From: Nitrospirota bacterium
Lineage (GTDB): Bacteria > Nitrospirota > Thermodesulfovibrionia > Thermodesulfovibrionales > JdFR-85
Length of the DNA stretch: 64,000 bases
Assembly (NCBI GenBank): GCA_011051565.1
Contig: DRKX01000080.1
Location: forward strand, 17,637-81,636
Direction of reading: 5' to 3'
Under the pieces are notes generated by a model, which ran no database searches, was not told the DNA's origin, and saw only the letters and a list, made by a program, of their open reading frames with translations. The translations under genes were made by a program, and so were the position numbers. Positions 27,195-36,018 of the stretch are shown piece after piece; the first letter of the stretch is position 1; every line of letters starts with the position of its first letter.

Positions 27195-28979
27195 TCACTC
27201 CGTGACTGCGTCAAGCCTTATATGGAGGTCCCTCAGCTGTCTCTCATCCACGGGTGAGGGCGCGCCGCTCAGGAGGCAGACGGCCTTCTGTGTCTTAGGA
27301 AAGGCTATGACGTCCCTTATGGAGTCTGCACCGAGCATGAGCATAACGAGCCGGTCGAGCCCCAGGGCGATACCACCGTGAGGCGGTGCGCCGTAGCGGA
27401 GCGCGTCGAGGAGGAAACCGAACTTCAGGCGGGCCTCATCCTCGGGTATACCGAGTATCTCGAACATCCTTTTCTGGAGTGCGGGGTCGTGGATACGGAT
27501 ACTTCCGCCTCCGATCTCGCTGCCGTTGAGCACAATGTCGTATGCCTTGGCCCTCAGGGAGGCGAGCGCGTCACGGTCGACGACATCCCCCTGGAGCATC
27601 AGTTCAGCATCGGCATCCGCCGGCGAGGTGAACGGGTGGTGCATGGCCTGGAACCTCTGGTCGTCGTCGTCCCACTCCAGAAGCGGATAGTCGACGATCC
27701 AGAGGAACCTGAAGCCCTCGGAGACAAGGCCCTGCCTCCTTGCTATCTCGAGCCTGAGCCTGCCGAGCACGTCGAGCACCACATCCTCCCTGTCGGCGAC
27801 GAACAGCATCATGTCGCCCTCCTCGGCCTCGAGCCTCCGGGCCATCTCCCTGAGGACGCCTTCAGGAAAGAACTTCACGATCGGCGACTCAAAGCCGCCG
27901 TCCCTCACCTTTATCCATGCCAGCCCCTTTGCACCGAGGGAGCGCACATCCTCTGTCAGGAGGTCGATCTCCTTCCTCGACATCCCTGCCATGGACTTGC
28001 CGCAGACAGCCTTGACCCTGCCTCCGGATTCGAGGGCCGAGAGGAAGACCTTGAAGCCGCCCTCTCCGGCCAGGTCCCCCATCTCCTTGAGTTCGAGGCC
28101 GAACCTGAGGTCGGGCTTGTCGGAGCCGAAACGCTCCATTGCGTCCCTGTAGGAGAGTCTCGGCATCGGCGTCTCTATCTCGACCCCGAGGGTCTCCCTG
28201 AAGAGACGCGACAGCATGCCTTCAACCACCGAGATCACGTCGTCGGGCTCGACGAACGACATCTCCATGTCCACCTGCGTGAACTCGGGCTGGCGGTCGG
28301 CCCTCAGGTCCTCGTCCCTGAAACACTTGACCACCTGGAAATACCTCTCGAGGCCTGACATCATCAGTATCTGCTTGAAGAGCTGCGGGGACTGCGGAAG
28401 GGCGTAGAAGTGGCCGGGATTGAGGCGGCTCGGCACCAGGTAGTCCCTCGCACCCTCGGGTGTCGACTTCGTGAGCATCGGCGTCTCTATCTCCATGAAG
28501 CCCTCGGCGTCGAGATAATCGCGCATAAGCTTCGTAACGCGGTGCCTGAAGAGGAGGTTGCGCTGCATCTCCTGCCTCCTGAGGTCGAGGTAACGGTACT
28601 TGAACCTCAACGACTCGGATATGCCGGTTGCATCATCGAGCACGAAGGGCAGGGCCTCGGATCTGCTCAGAATGGTCAGCTCGCCAGCGTAGAGCTCGAC
28701 CGTGCCGTTCGGGATATCCGGATTCTCCGTACCCTCAGGCCTCCTCCTCACCTCGCCCCTCACCTTTACGACGAACTCGGAACGGAGCTGGTGGGCCGAC
28801 TCGTGGGCCTCTCCTGAGACGTCCGGGCTGAACACCACCTGCACGAGGCCGCTCCTGTCCCTCAGGTCCACGAATATAAGGCCTCCATGGTCGCGCCTCC
28901 TGAAGACCCAGCCAGAAAGGGTGAGTTCCCTGCCTATGTCGGCCTCTGAAACCTCCCCGCAACTCTTGTCTCTATACAT
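27195..28979 (-). CDS. aspS: Aspartate--tRNA ligase
   Basis: 594 aa bacterial-type AspRS with an N-terminal OB fold (GWVFRRRDHGGLIFVDLRD), the class II motifs and a GAD insertion. Confidence 0.95.
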   Translation of the reverse strand: MYRDKSCGEVSEADIGRELTLSGWVFRRRDHGGLIFVDLRDRSGLVQVVFSPDVSGEAHESAHQLRSEFVVKVRGEVRRRPEGTENPDIPNGTVELYAGELTILSRSEALPFVLDDATGISESLRFKYRYLDLRRQEMQRNLLFRHRVTKLMRDYLDAEGFMEIETPMLTKSTPEGARDYLVPSRLNPGHFYALPQSPQLFKQILMMSGLERYFQVVKCFRDEDLRADRQPEFTQVDMEMSFVEPDDVISVVEGMLSRLFRETLGVEIETPMPRLSYRDAMERFGSDKPDLRFGLELKEMGDLAGEGGFKVFLSALESGGRVKAVCGKSMAGMSRKEIDLLTEDVRSLGAKGLAWIKVRDGGFESPIVKFFPEGVLREMARRLEAEEGDMMLFVADREDVVLDVLGRLRLEIARRQGLVSEGFRFLWIVDYPLLEWDDDDQRFQAMHHPFTSPADADAELMLQGDVVDRDALASLRAKAYDIVLNGSEIGGGSIRIHDPALQKRMFEILGIPEDEARLKFGFLLDALRYGAPPHGGIALGLDRLVMLMLGADSIRDVIAFPKTQKAVCLLSGAPSPVDERQLRDLHIRLDAVTE

Positions 28980-29105
28980 GACTCCTCCTGAATCCTCATG
29001 GAGTGCCGGCGAAATGAAAAGAGACCGGGCACTCCACGACTCCTGTTTTGTATCCCATCTCCGACTGAAGGAAGCGATCCGACAGGAATTCAGCCGGTCT
29101 CCGCC

Positions 29106-29831
29106 TCATATCCTGAGACTCTTCTTCAGCCTCTTCAACTCGTCATCACTCAGGTATCTCCACTGCCCGGGCCTGAGACCGCCGAGCTCGAGGCCGTCTA
29201 TCCTGATCCTCTTGAGCTTGAGCACGGCATGACCCACACGCTCGAACATACGCCTGATCTGCCTCTTCCTGCCCTCATGGATCGTAACCTCGAGCCAGGA
29301 GTTCTTCTCGGCCCTCGGCATGCGCACCCTCCTTATCCTTGCGGGCGCGGTCATGCCGTCATCGAGCATCACGCCCCTGCGCAGCCTGTTCAGGTCATCC
29401 TCCCCAATCACCCCTTTTATCTTCACGAGGTACGTCTTCGGCACCCTGTGTGAGGGGTGTATCACCCTGTATGCAAGCTCGCCGTCATTCGTGAGCAGCA
29501 GCAGCCCCTCGGAGTTGAAGTCGAGCCTCCCGACGGGATACACCCTGAACCTGAGGCTGCCGATGAGCTGCTTCACCGTCGGCCTGCCCTCGGTGTCCTC
29601 GAGGGTGGTGAGCACGCCCGGAGGCTTGTTGAGCATGATGTAGACCTTCGGCTCAGGCCTGCGCAGGGGCCTGCCGTCGACCCTGATGTGGTCCCTCTCT
29701 GGATCGGCCTTCATCCCGAGGACGGCGGTCCTTCCGTTCACGACCACCCTGCCCTCTGCTATCAGCTCTTCGGCCTTTCGCCTCGAGGCAACGCCCATTC
29801 TTGCAAGTATCTTCTGAATCCGCTCTTCCAT
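29106..29831 (-). CDS. Pseudouridine synthase, RsuA/RluB family
   Basis: An S4 domain (RIQKILARMGVASRRKAEELI) is followed by the catalytic GRLDxxSEGLLLLTNDGEL motif. Confidence 0.85.
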   Translation of the reverse strand: MEERIQKILARMGVASRRKAEELIAEGRVVVNGRTAVLGMKADPERDHIRVDGRPLRRPEPKVYIMLNKPPGVLTTLEDTEGRPTVKQLIGSLRFRVYPVGRLDFNSEGLLLLTNDGELAYRVIHPSHRVPKTYLVKIKGVIGEDDLNRLRRGVMLDDGMTAPARIRRVRMPRAEKNSWLEVTIHEGRKRQIRRMFERVGHAVLKLKRIRIDGLELGGLRPGQWRYLSDDELKRLKKSLRI

Positions 29832-29959
29832 ACGCCTGAGACCGTCTGCTCCTGTTCCGCCGATGCTCGGGCACCTTCAGGCGGTCACGAACATATATAT
29901 TAACCCGAACCCTTCAGGGATGTAAAACGCGGATGCTTCAGTGCATCCTCCACCGTCAC

Positions 29960-30832
29960 TCAGCCGGCCTTGCGCGATGACCCCATGAGCACTCGACCGG
30001 CCGCCATGGTCACCAAGTACAGCGCAACACCGCCGAGCACGTCCACCACGTAGTGGTACCTGCAGTAGACGGTTGCAAGAAGCAGCAGGGCAGTAACCGG
30101 CAGGTAGATGCAGAAGAGCCTCTTTTCGTGACGGAACGCGAGGTGCAGGACCACCAGTGTGACGGCCGTGTGTCCGCTCGGAAAGGCGTCCCTCTTTATT
30201 CCCTCTATGCTGTTGAGTATGCCGTAGATCTTCTCGAAGAGGAACGCGCCTTCGAGGGGGACGCTCTGGAGGTGGTTCATCGTGTATCTCGGCCCGAGAG
30301 CGGGAAACAGGACGTAACCGACGTAGGAGAGATAGAAGCACAGCAGTATGTATGTGAGGCTCTCGTCGAACTCCCTGTCCCTCTTCTTCGTCTTGAGCAC
30401 CACACCGAGCACGACGGGAAGGAAGTAGTAGCTCGTGTATGCCAGCTGGAGCACCTCGGTAAGCAGCGGGTTCACTATCCGCTCGAGCCAGACCGTGGGG
30501 TAGCCGCCGAGCAGCCAGTAATCCGCTCGTATCAGCAGGTAGTCGATGTCCCGGGGATTCACCCCGGGGACGAGTTGCGTCATGGTGTCGAAGACGAGGA
30601 ATACGGCGGTCACTGGAAACGCAATGTCGTGTGCGAGCTTCAGGACACCCCGTTCAGGTGGATACTTAATGAAGAGGACCTGGATGGACAGCAGCGAGAC
30701 ATAGGTTAAGAGGAGCCTGCCAGCAGATGCGGTGGAGTCGTAATGCGTCAGCGTCAGCAGAGCGAACAGGGAGAGGAAGATCATGGTTACGGCGTCCGCA
30801 GGCCTTATCCTGCCGAAAAGCCGCCCCATCAC
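29960..30832 (-). CDS. PAP2-superfamily membrane phosphatase/phosphotransferase
   Basis: It is multi-TM with PSGHT and YHYVVDVLGG motifs (PAP2 C2/C3). The start overlaps the upstream stop (ATGA). Confidence 0.7.
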   Translation of the reverse strand: MMGRLFGRIRPADAVTMIFLSLFALLTLTHYDSTASAGRLLLTYVSLLSIQVLFIKYPPERGVLKLAHDIAFPVTAVFLVFDTMTQLVPGVNPRDIDYLLIRADYWLLGGYPTVWLERIVNPLLTEVLQLAYTSYYFLPVVLGVVLKTKKRDREFDESLTYILLCFYLSYVGYVLFPALGPRYTMNHLQSVPLEGAFLFEKIYGILNSIEGIKRDAFPSGHTAVTLVVLHLAFRHEKRLFCIYLPVTALLLLATVYCRYHYVVDVLGGVALYLVTMAAGRVLMGSSRKAG

Positions 30833-31356
30833 AGCTTGTTCAAGGCCCTCATCACGGCCTTCCGGCGCTTGGAGGGCCTGCGGGAGGCACCCTTCCGGAC
30901 CGTCCCGGTCTCCTCCTCTTCGTCGGCAAGCACCTTGAGGGTCACCTCGTCCATCGTCTCACCGCCGCCGGCCTCCCCATCGTCCAGCAGTGCCTCGTCG
31001 AGCTTTCTGAGGAATTCCCCGGAGCCGACCGGAACGGACCCCCGCGCCCAGGCGAAATCGGCGATCTCCCTGTCAGAGCTGACCACTATGAAGCCGCCCC
31101 CACCCTGCACGAGCATGTCCTTTATCACGTCGTCGGCCTTTCTTGCTATCCTCGAAAAGACTATCCTGACTCCGCCGTCGGTCTGCAGGGTCTCCCTCGG
31201 CGAGAGCCCGCCGTGACCGTCGAAGACGACCGTTATATCGTGCCCCTTGGCCGCCCTGTACCTGACCAGCCTCTTGACGAGCCTCTTCCTCCTGGACTCG
31301 AGATCCCCGTGTAGTGTCCCGATCAGGTTGTATCCGTCGATTATCAAGCGGGACAT
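30829..31356 (-). CDS. YacP/NYN-domain (PIN-like) putative RNase
   Basis: It reads LIIDGYNLIG...VVFDG...VVSSDREI, with a basic C-terminal tail. Start trimmed to ATG 31356, which is preceded by GGAGG. Confidence 0.7.
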   Translation of the reverse strand: MSRLIIDGYNLIGTLHGDLESRRKRLVKRLVRYRAAKGHDITVVFDGHGGLSPRETLQTDGGVRIVFSRIARKADDVIKDMLVQGGGGFIVVSSDREIADFAWARGSVPVGSGEFLRKLDEALLDDGEAGGGETMDEVTLKVLADEEEETGTVRKGASRRPSKRRKAVMRALNKL

Positions 31357-31557
31357 TCCGTACCTCCAGGGCATGAAGCCCGTCTCCGCCCGCGTTGCTG
31401 CACGGCCGCGTCCCGTCGGCCCGCGCAACGTCCAGGCGGGGCAAATTCCCCCTTTGTCGTTGTCGTTATCGTCGAAATATATTATACTTGACTTATACGG
31501 CGGTTTGAAAGCCGGGGTTGAAGGCACAAGGCATCATCAGGGAGGTGGAAGGGGTCG

Positions 31558-32283
31558 ATGTTTCCGATCAGGGACACGGTGCCGCGCAGGGAGTTTCCGT
31601 TCGTCACATGGGCGATCATCCTGGTGAACGGGACGGTCTTCCTATTCGAGCTGTCCCTGCCCAAGGACTTGCTCGATCGCCTCATATACCTGTTCGGCGT
31701 GGTACCGGCGAGGTATTCGCATCCGGAGTGGGCGGTCCTGTTCGGCCTGCCGCTCGACGACTACTGGCCATTCATAACGAACATCTTCCTCCACGGGGGA
31801 TGGGTACACTTCGTGGGCAACATGTGGATGCTCTACCTCTTCGGCGACAACGTGGAGGACAGGATGGGGCACGGCAGGTTCTTCGTCTTCTACATGCTCT
31901 CAGGCCTTGCAGCGAGCATCACGCACTTCGTATTCAACATGCACTCGACGGTCCCGGCCATAGGTGCATCCGGCGCCATTGCAGGAGTGATGGGGGCATA
32001 TTTCGTGATGTTTCCGACCGCGAGGGTGATCACGCTGATACCGATCTTATTCCTTCCCTACTTCATCGAGATACCTGCATTCGTATACCTCGGCATCTGG
32101 TTCGCGACCCAAATATTCTCGGGCGCCTTCTCTCTGCTGACCCCCGGGGCCGGAGGGGGGATAGCGTGGTGGGCGCATATCGGGGGGTTCGTTGCAGGCA
32201 TTGTGCTGTTGCCCATATTCAGGAAGAAGGGGTCCTATCGCAGGTATTTCCCGGACGAGGCTTACTACAATGTCTATAGATGA
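31558..32283 (+). CDS. Rhomboid-family intramembrane serine protease
   Basis: Motifs are HGGWVHFVGNMWMLYLFG, the catalytic GASGAIAGVMGAY, and His in AHIGGFVAG. Confidence 0.85.
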   Translation: MFPIRDTVPRREFPFVTWAIILVNGTVFLFELSLPKDLLDRLIYLFGVVPARYSHPEWAVLFGLPLDDYWPFITNIFLHGGWVHFVGNMWMLYLFGDNVEDRMGHGRFFVFYMLSGLAASITHFVFNMHSTVPAIGASGAIAGVMGAYFVMFPTARVITLIPILFLPYFIEIPAFVYLGIWFATQIFSGAFSLLTPGAGGGIAWWAHIGGFVAGIVLLPIFRKKGSYRRYFPDEAYYNVYR

Positions 32284-32313
32284 CAAACAACAAGGAGACT
32301 CCAAGGAGGGGAC

Positions 32314-33159
32314 ATGAACTTGGACATATTCAGCATCTTCTGGATATTCTTCATGATCAGCGCACTCCAGCCGGTCCTGAAGCAGCGGCTTCTCGAGGCG
32401 TCGAGGCAGAAGCTCATTGCAAAGATCGAGAAGAAACACGGTTCGAGGGTGATCCTCCTGGTGCACAGGCAGGAGACTATGAGTCTCCTCGGCTTTCCCA
32501 TCTTCAGGTACATCAACATCAACGACTCCGAGGAGGTGATAAGGGCCATCCACATGACGGATCCCGAGATGCCACTCGACCTCGTCCTGCACACGCCCGG
32601 GGGGCTCGTGCTTGCATCCTACCAGATCGCCCATGCAATAAAGAACCACAAGGGGAAGGTGACGGTCTTCGTGCCGCACTACGCGATGTCCGGAGGAACC
32701 CTGATCGCGCTCTCCGCCGACGAGATAGTGATGGGAGAGCATGCAGTGCTCGGCCCGGTCGATCCGCAGCTCGGAGAGTACCCGGCGGCCTCTCTCGTCA
32801 GGCTGGTCGAGTCCAAGCCGCTCTCAGAGGTCGACGACAGGACGTGGCTCCTCGCGGACATCGGAAAGAAGGCGATGACACAGCTCAAGAGGCAGGTCCG
32901 ATACCTCCTCAGTGGCAAGTACCCCCCTGAGAAGGCCGAAGAGCTCGCAACGATCCTCTCCGAGGGGAGGTGGACACACGACTACCCGATCACGTACGAG
33001 GAGGCCAAGGCACTCGGTCTCAAAGTGAGGGACGACATACCGCCGGAGTTCTACCAGCTGATGAGCCTCTACCCGCAGCCGGTAAGGCAGCAACCGTCGG
33101 TCGAGTATCTGCCTGTTCCGAGGTTCAGGGGGCCGACGAACCAGAAGCCCGGGAAGTGA
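32314..33159 (+). CDS. Membrane-anchored ClpP-fold serine protease (SDH/SppA-like family)
   Basis: An N-terminal TM is followed by LHTPGG...AMSGGTLIALSADEIVM, typical of the periplasmic serine dehydrogenase/ClpP-class family. Confidence 0.65.
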   Translation: MNLDIFSIFWIFFMISALQPVLKQRLLEASRQKLIAKIEKKHGSRVILLVHRQETMSLLGFPIFRYININDSEEVIRAIHMTDPEMPLDLVLHTPGGLVLASYQIAHAIKNHKGKVTVFVPHYAMSGGTLIALSADEIVMGEHAVLGPVDPQLGEYPAASLVRLVESKPLSEVDDRTWLLADIGKKAMTQLKRQVRYLLSGKYPPEKAEELATILSEGRWTHDYPITYEEAKALGLKVRDDIPPEFYQLMSLYPQPVRQQPSVEYLPVPRFRGPTNQKPGK

Positions 33160-33166
33160 GCGCGGC

Positions 33167-34951
33167 TCAACGGTAGTTCCTCATGAACTCGATCCATATC
33201 GGCAGGGCCGCCCTCGCACCGGTCTCCTTGTCGCCTATGGGTGTATGGTCGTCCCTGCCGACCCATACGCCCACGGCCAGAGTGTCGTCGAAGCCGACGA
33301 ACCATGCATCTGTGTAGTCGTTGGTCGTCCCGGTCTTACCATAGACGGGCCGGTCTATGACCTTGGCCATCCGCCCCGTACCATCGAGTATGACCGAGCG
33401 GAGCATGTCCCTGATCTCGTCGACCACGGCCTCGTCGATGACCCGCTCGGCGGCCGGATAATGCTCCTCGAGGGTCAACCCGTCACGGTCCGTGACCCTG
33501 TCTATGAAGAGCGGCTTCAGCCTGTAGCCCTGCGCGAGGGCTGCATAGCCGTAGACCATGTCCATCAGCGTGGCCTCCGACGCGCCGATCGCAGATGAGA
33601 GGTAGGGGTTGACCTTGCTGCGGATGCCGACGTCACGCGCAGTCCTGACGACACTATCGATACCGATCAGGTCGGCGAGACAAACGGTCGCCGCATTCAG
33701 GCTGTGAGAGAGGGCGTACCGGAGGGTCACCTCGCCGTTGTAACGCTTCTCGTAGTTCCTCGGCGACCATACGTCAAGGTTGTCCGGCGTCGGGTAGCCG
33801 ACCTCGGCATCCACGATGACGTCTTCGGGCATGAGCCCTGCCTGCAGCGCAGCCAGGTATACGAACGGCTTGAACGCCGAGCCCGGCTGCCTCAATGCCT
33901 GTGTCGCCCTGTTGAACTGCGTCTGCCAGAAGTCCGTCCCTCCAACCATGGCCCTCACCTCACCCGTCTCGAGGTCAACGGCGAGGAGGGCGGCCTGAAC
34001 GCCCGGGGCGACCCTCTGCTCGAGCTCCCGGACTCCCTTGCTCACCGCCTGCTCGGCCACCTCCTGCATACTCATGTCGAGCGGCGAATAGACCCTGAGC
34101 CCAGCGGTGTAGAGGCTGTCCGAGTATCTCCTTTCGAGCATCTCGCGCAGATACTCTATGAAGTACGGAGCCTTGTAGCGCCTTCGGTGTATCTTGTCGG
34201 GCAGCGGCTCATCCAGTGCCGCCCTGTAGTCGTCTTCGGTGATGTAGCCGAGCCTTAGCATCTTCTTCAGGACGAGATTGCGCCTCGCCAGCGCCTTTTC
34301 CGGGTTCTTGAACGGCGAGTAGTAGGAGGGGGCGCGTGGAAGGGCCGCCAGGAGTGCCGCCTCTGCGAGCGTCAGTTCCTCGGTGGACTTGTCGAAATAC
34401 GTGTGTGAGGCGGCTTCGATCCCGTAGGCCTTGGTACCGAAGTACGCCTGGTTGAGGTACAGGCCCATTATCTCGTCCTTAGTGTATCTCTTCTCGATCT
34501 GTATGGAGAGGGCCGCCTCCTTTATCTTTCTCGATATATTCCTCTCCGGCTTGAGAAAGAGCAGCTTTGCGAGCTGTTGCGTTATGGTGCTTCCACCCTG
34601 CACTATCCTCCCCGCCTTGATGTCGTAGAGCAGTGCCCTCGCTATGCCTATCAGGTCGATCCCGTGGTGACTGTAGAACCTCTCGTCCTCTATCGCAACA
34701 AATGCCTTTTTCACATGGTCGGGTATCCTGTAGAAGGGAACGAAGGTGCGCCTCTCGACATAGTACTCGGCGATGACGTCACCGGATGAGGAATACACCT
34801 TCGATGCCTCGGTGGGCGTATATTCCTCCAGGGCCTCGATCCGGGGTAGGTCCGAGAGGCTCCGGAAGACCACACCAGAGAGCACCCCTGCCAGTACGCC
34901 CAAAAGGCCGACGATGATCAATCCTCTCAACATCGAGATATTATAACTCAT
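33167..34951 (-). CDS. Class A penicillin-binding protein (glycosyltransferase + transpeptidase)
   Basis: The GT51 motifs are EDERFYSHHGID and GGSTITQQL. The transpeptidase motifs are SAFKP, SLN and KTGTT. Confidence 0.9.
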   Translation of the reverse strand: MSYNISMLRGLIIVGLLGVLAGVLSGVVFRSLSDLPRIEALEEYTPTEASKVYSSSGDVIAEYYVERRTFVPFYRIPDHVKKAFVAIEDERFYSHHGIDLIGIARALLYDIKAGRIVQGGSTITQQLAKLLFLKPERNISRKIKEAALSIQIEKRYTKDEIMGLYLNQAYFGTKAYGIEAASHTYFDKSTEELTLAEAALLAALPRAPSYYSPFKNPEKALARRNLVLKKMLRLGYITEDDYRAALDEPLPDKIHRRRYKAPYFIEYLREMLERRYSDSLYTAGLRVYSPLDMSMQEVAEQAVSKGVRELEQRVAPGVQAALLAVDLETGEVRAMVGGTDFWQTQFNRATQALRQPGSAFKPFVYLAALQAGLMPEDVIVDAEVGYPTPDNLDVWSPRNYEKRYNGEVTLRYALSHSLNAATVCLADLIGIDSVVRTARDVGIRSKVNPYLSSAIGASEATLMDMVYGYAALAQGYRLKPLFIDRVTDRDGLTLEEHYPAAERVIDEAVVDEIRDMLRSVILDGTGRMAKVIDRPVYGKTGTTNDYTDAWFVGFDDTLAVGVWVGRDDHTPIGDKETGARAALPIWIEFMRNYR

Positions 34952-35052
34952 TTCCTACGCTTGCAGTCGTGGCCGGCCTGCTCGGCTGCAGCGGGAACAT
35001 TCCCCTGATTCCGCTGCAACGAGCCGGCTGGCCTTGAAAAAAAAGCCCCTTT

Positions 35053-36012
35053 GTGGTAACTTTAAAGATAATGCTACGGAAACTCTCAGGCCTGGCCATA
35101 TCCCTGGTTATCGCAGTCATCGCCTTCATTCTCTCCTATGTACATCCCTCGTTTGAAGCCCTGGCCATATCGATAATACTCGGCATGCTCTTCTCCAACA
35201 TACTCGAGGAGAGGCGGTTCCTGGATGAGGGGATCAAGCTCACGATCAAGGTCTTCCTGCCGGTGGGGATAGCCCTCTACGGCACCCAGCTCTCCGTGCG
35301 GGCACTCGACCCTGCGATGACCCCGCTTGTGTTCCTCACGTTCATTGCGGTCTTCACCCTCGTCTATCTCATCGCGAAATGGTTCGGGCTGAGAAACAAC
35401 ATCCGGATACTGCTTGCAACCGGCATCTCGATCTGCGGCGCATCGGCGATAGCGATCGTATCGCCCCTGATAAACTCCGACGGCGAGGAGACCTCCATAT
35501 CGTTGATCGTCGTGATGATCTACGGCCTCTTCGGAATGATAGCATACCCGTTGTTTGCAAACCTGCTCGGCCTCGGCATCAAGGAGTTCGCCTTCGTCTC
35601 CGGCACCACACTGCCGATGATCGGGCAGATAAAGGTGGCGGCCTCGACGTACGGAGCGGAGTGCGTAGAGACGGCCCTCAAGTACAAGCTCCTCAGGATG
35701 TCCTTCCTCGTCTTTCTCGTAACCCTCACCGTCTTCCTCTCCAGGAAGGAGGGCAGGCGCATATACGTCCCCTGGTTCATAGCCGTCTTTGTCATCCTCG
35801 CCGTTGCCGTGAACCTCTTGAAGATGGACCGGCTGTCGGAGATGTCTGCACCGGTGAGCCGCTTCGCGCTCTCCACCGCACTGGCGGCAATCGGTCTGTC
35901 GGTCGATTTCGAGTCCATCACAGAGGAGGGGATCAAGCCCCTGCTGATCGTGGCGCTCTCCATAGCCGTCATCCTGTCGGTCCAATTCCTGCTGTTTCAG
36001 ATAGTAATGTAA
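35053..36012 (+). CDS. YeiH/UPF0324-family integral membrane protein (putative sulfate exporter family)
   Basis: 319 aa, polytopic, with the composition and pattern of UPF0324. The start is uncertain (GTG 35053 or ATG 35071). Confidence 0.6.
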   Translation: MVTLKIMLRKLSGLAISLVIAVIAFILSYVHPSFEALAISIILGMLFSNILEERRFLDEGIKLTIKVFLPVGIALYGTQLSVRALDPAMTPLVFLTFIAVFTLVYLIAKWFGLRNNIRILLATGISICGASAIAIVSPLINSDGEETSISLIVVMIYGLFGMIAYPLFANLLGLGIKEFAFVSGTTLPMIGQIKVAASTYGAECVETALKYKLLRMSFLVFLVTLTVFLSRKEGRRIYVPWFIAVFVILAVAVNLLKMDRLSEMSAPVSRFALSTALAAIGLSVDFESITEEGIKPLLIVALSIAVILSVQFLLFQIVM

Positions 36013-36018
36013 CTCCGT

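Noticed and set aside
35086-35985. 299-aa minus-strand ORF and a 373-aa plus-strand alternative frame (35379-36500)
   Set aside because: Both overlap the YeiH-family membrane gene and are extremely Arg/Asp/Gly/His-rich. The hydrophobic frame is the credible one.
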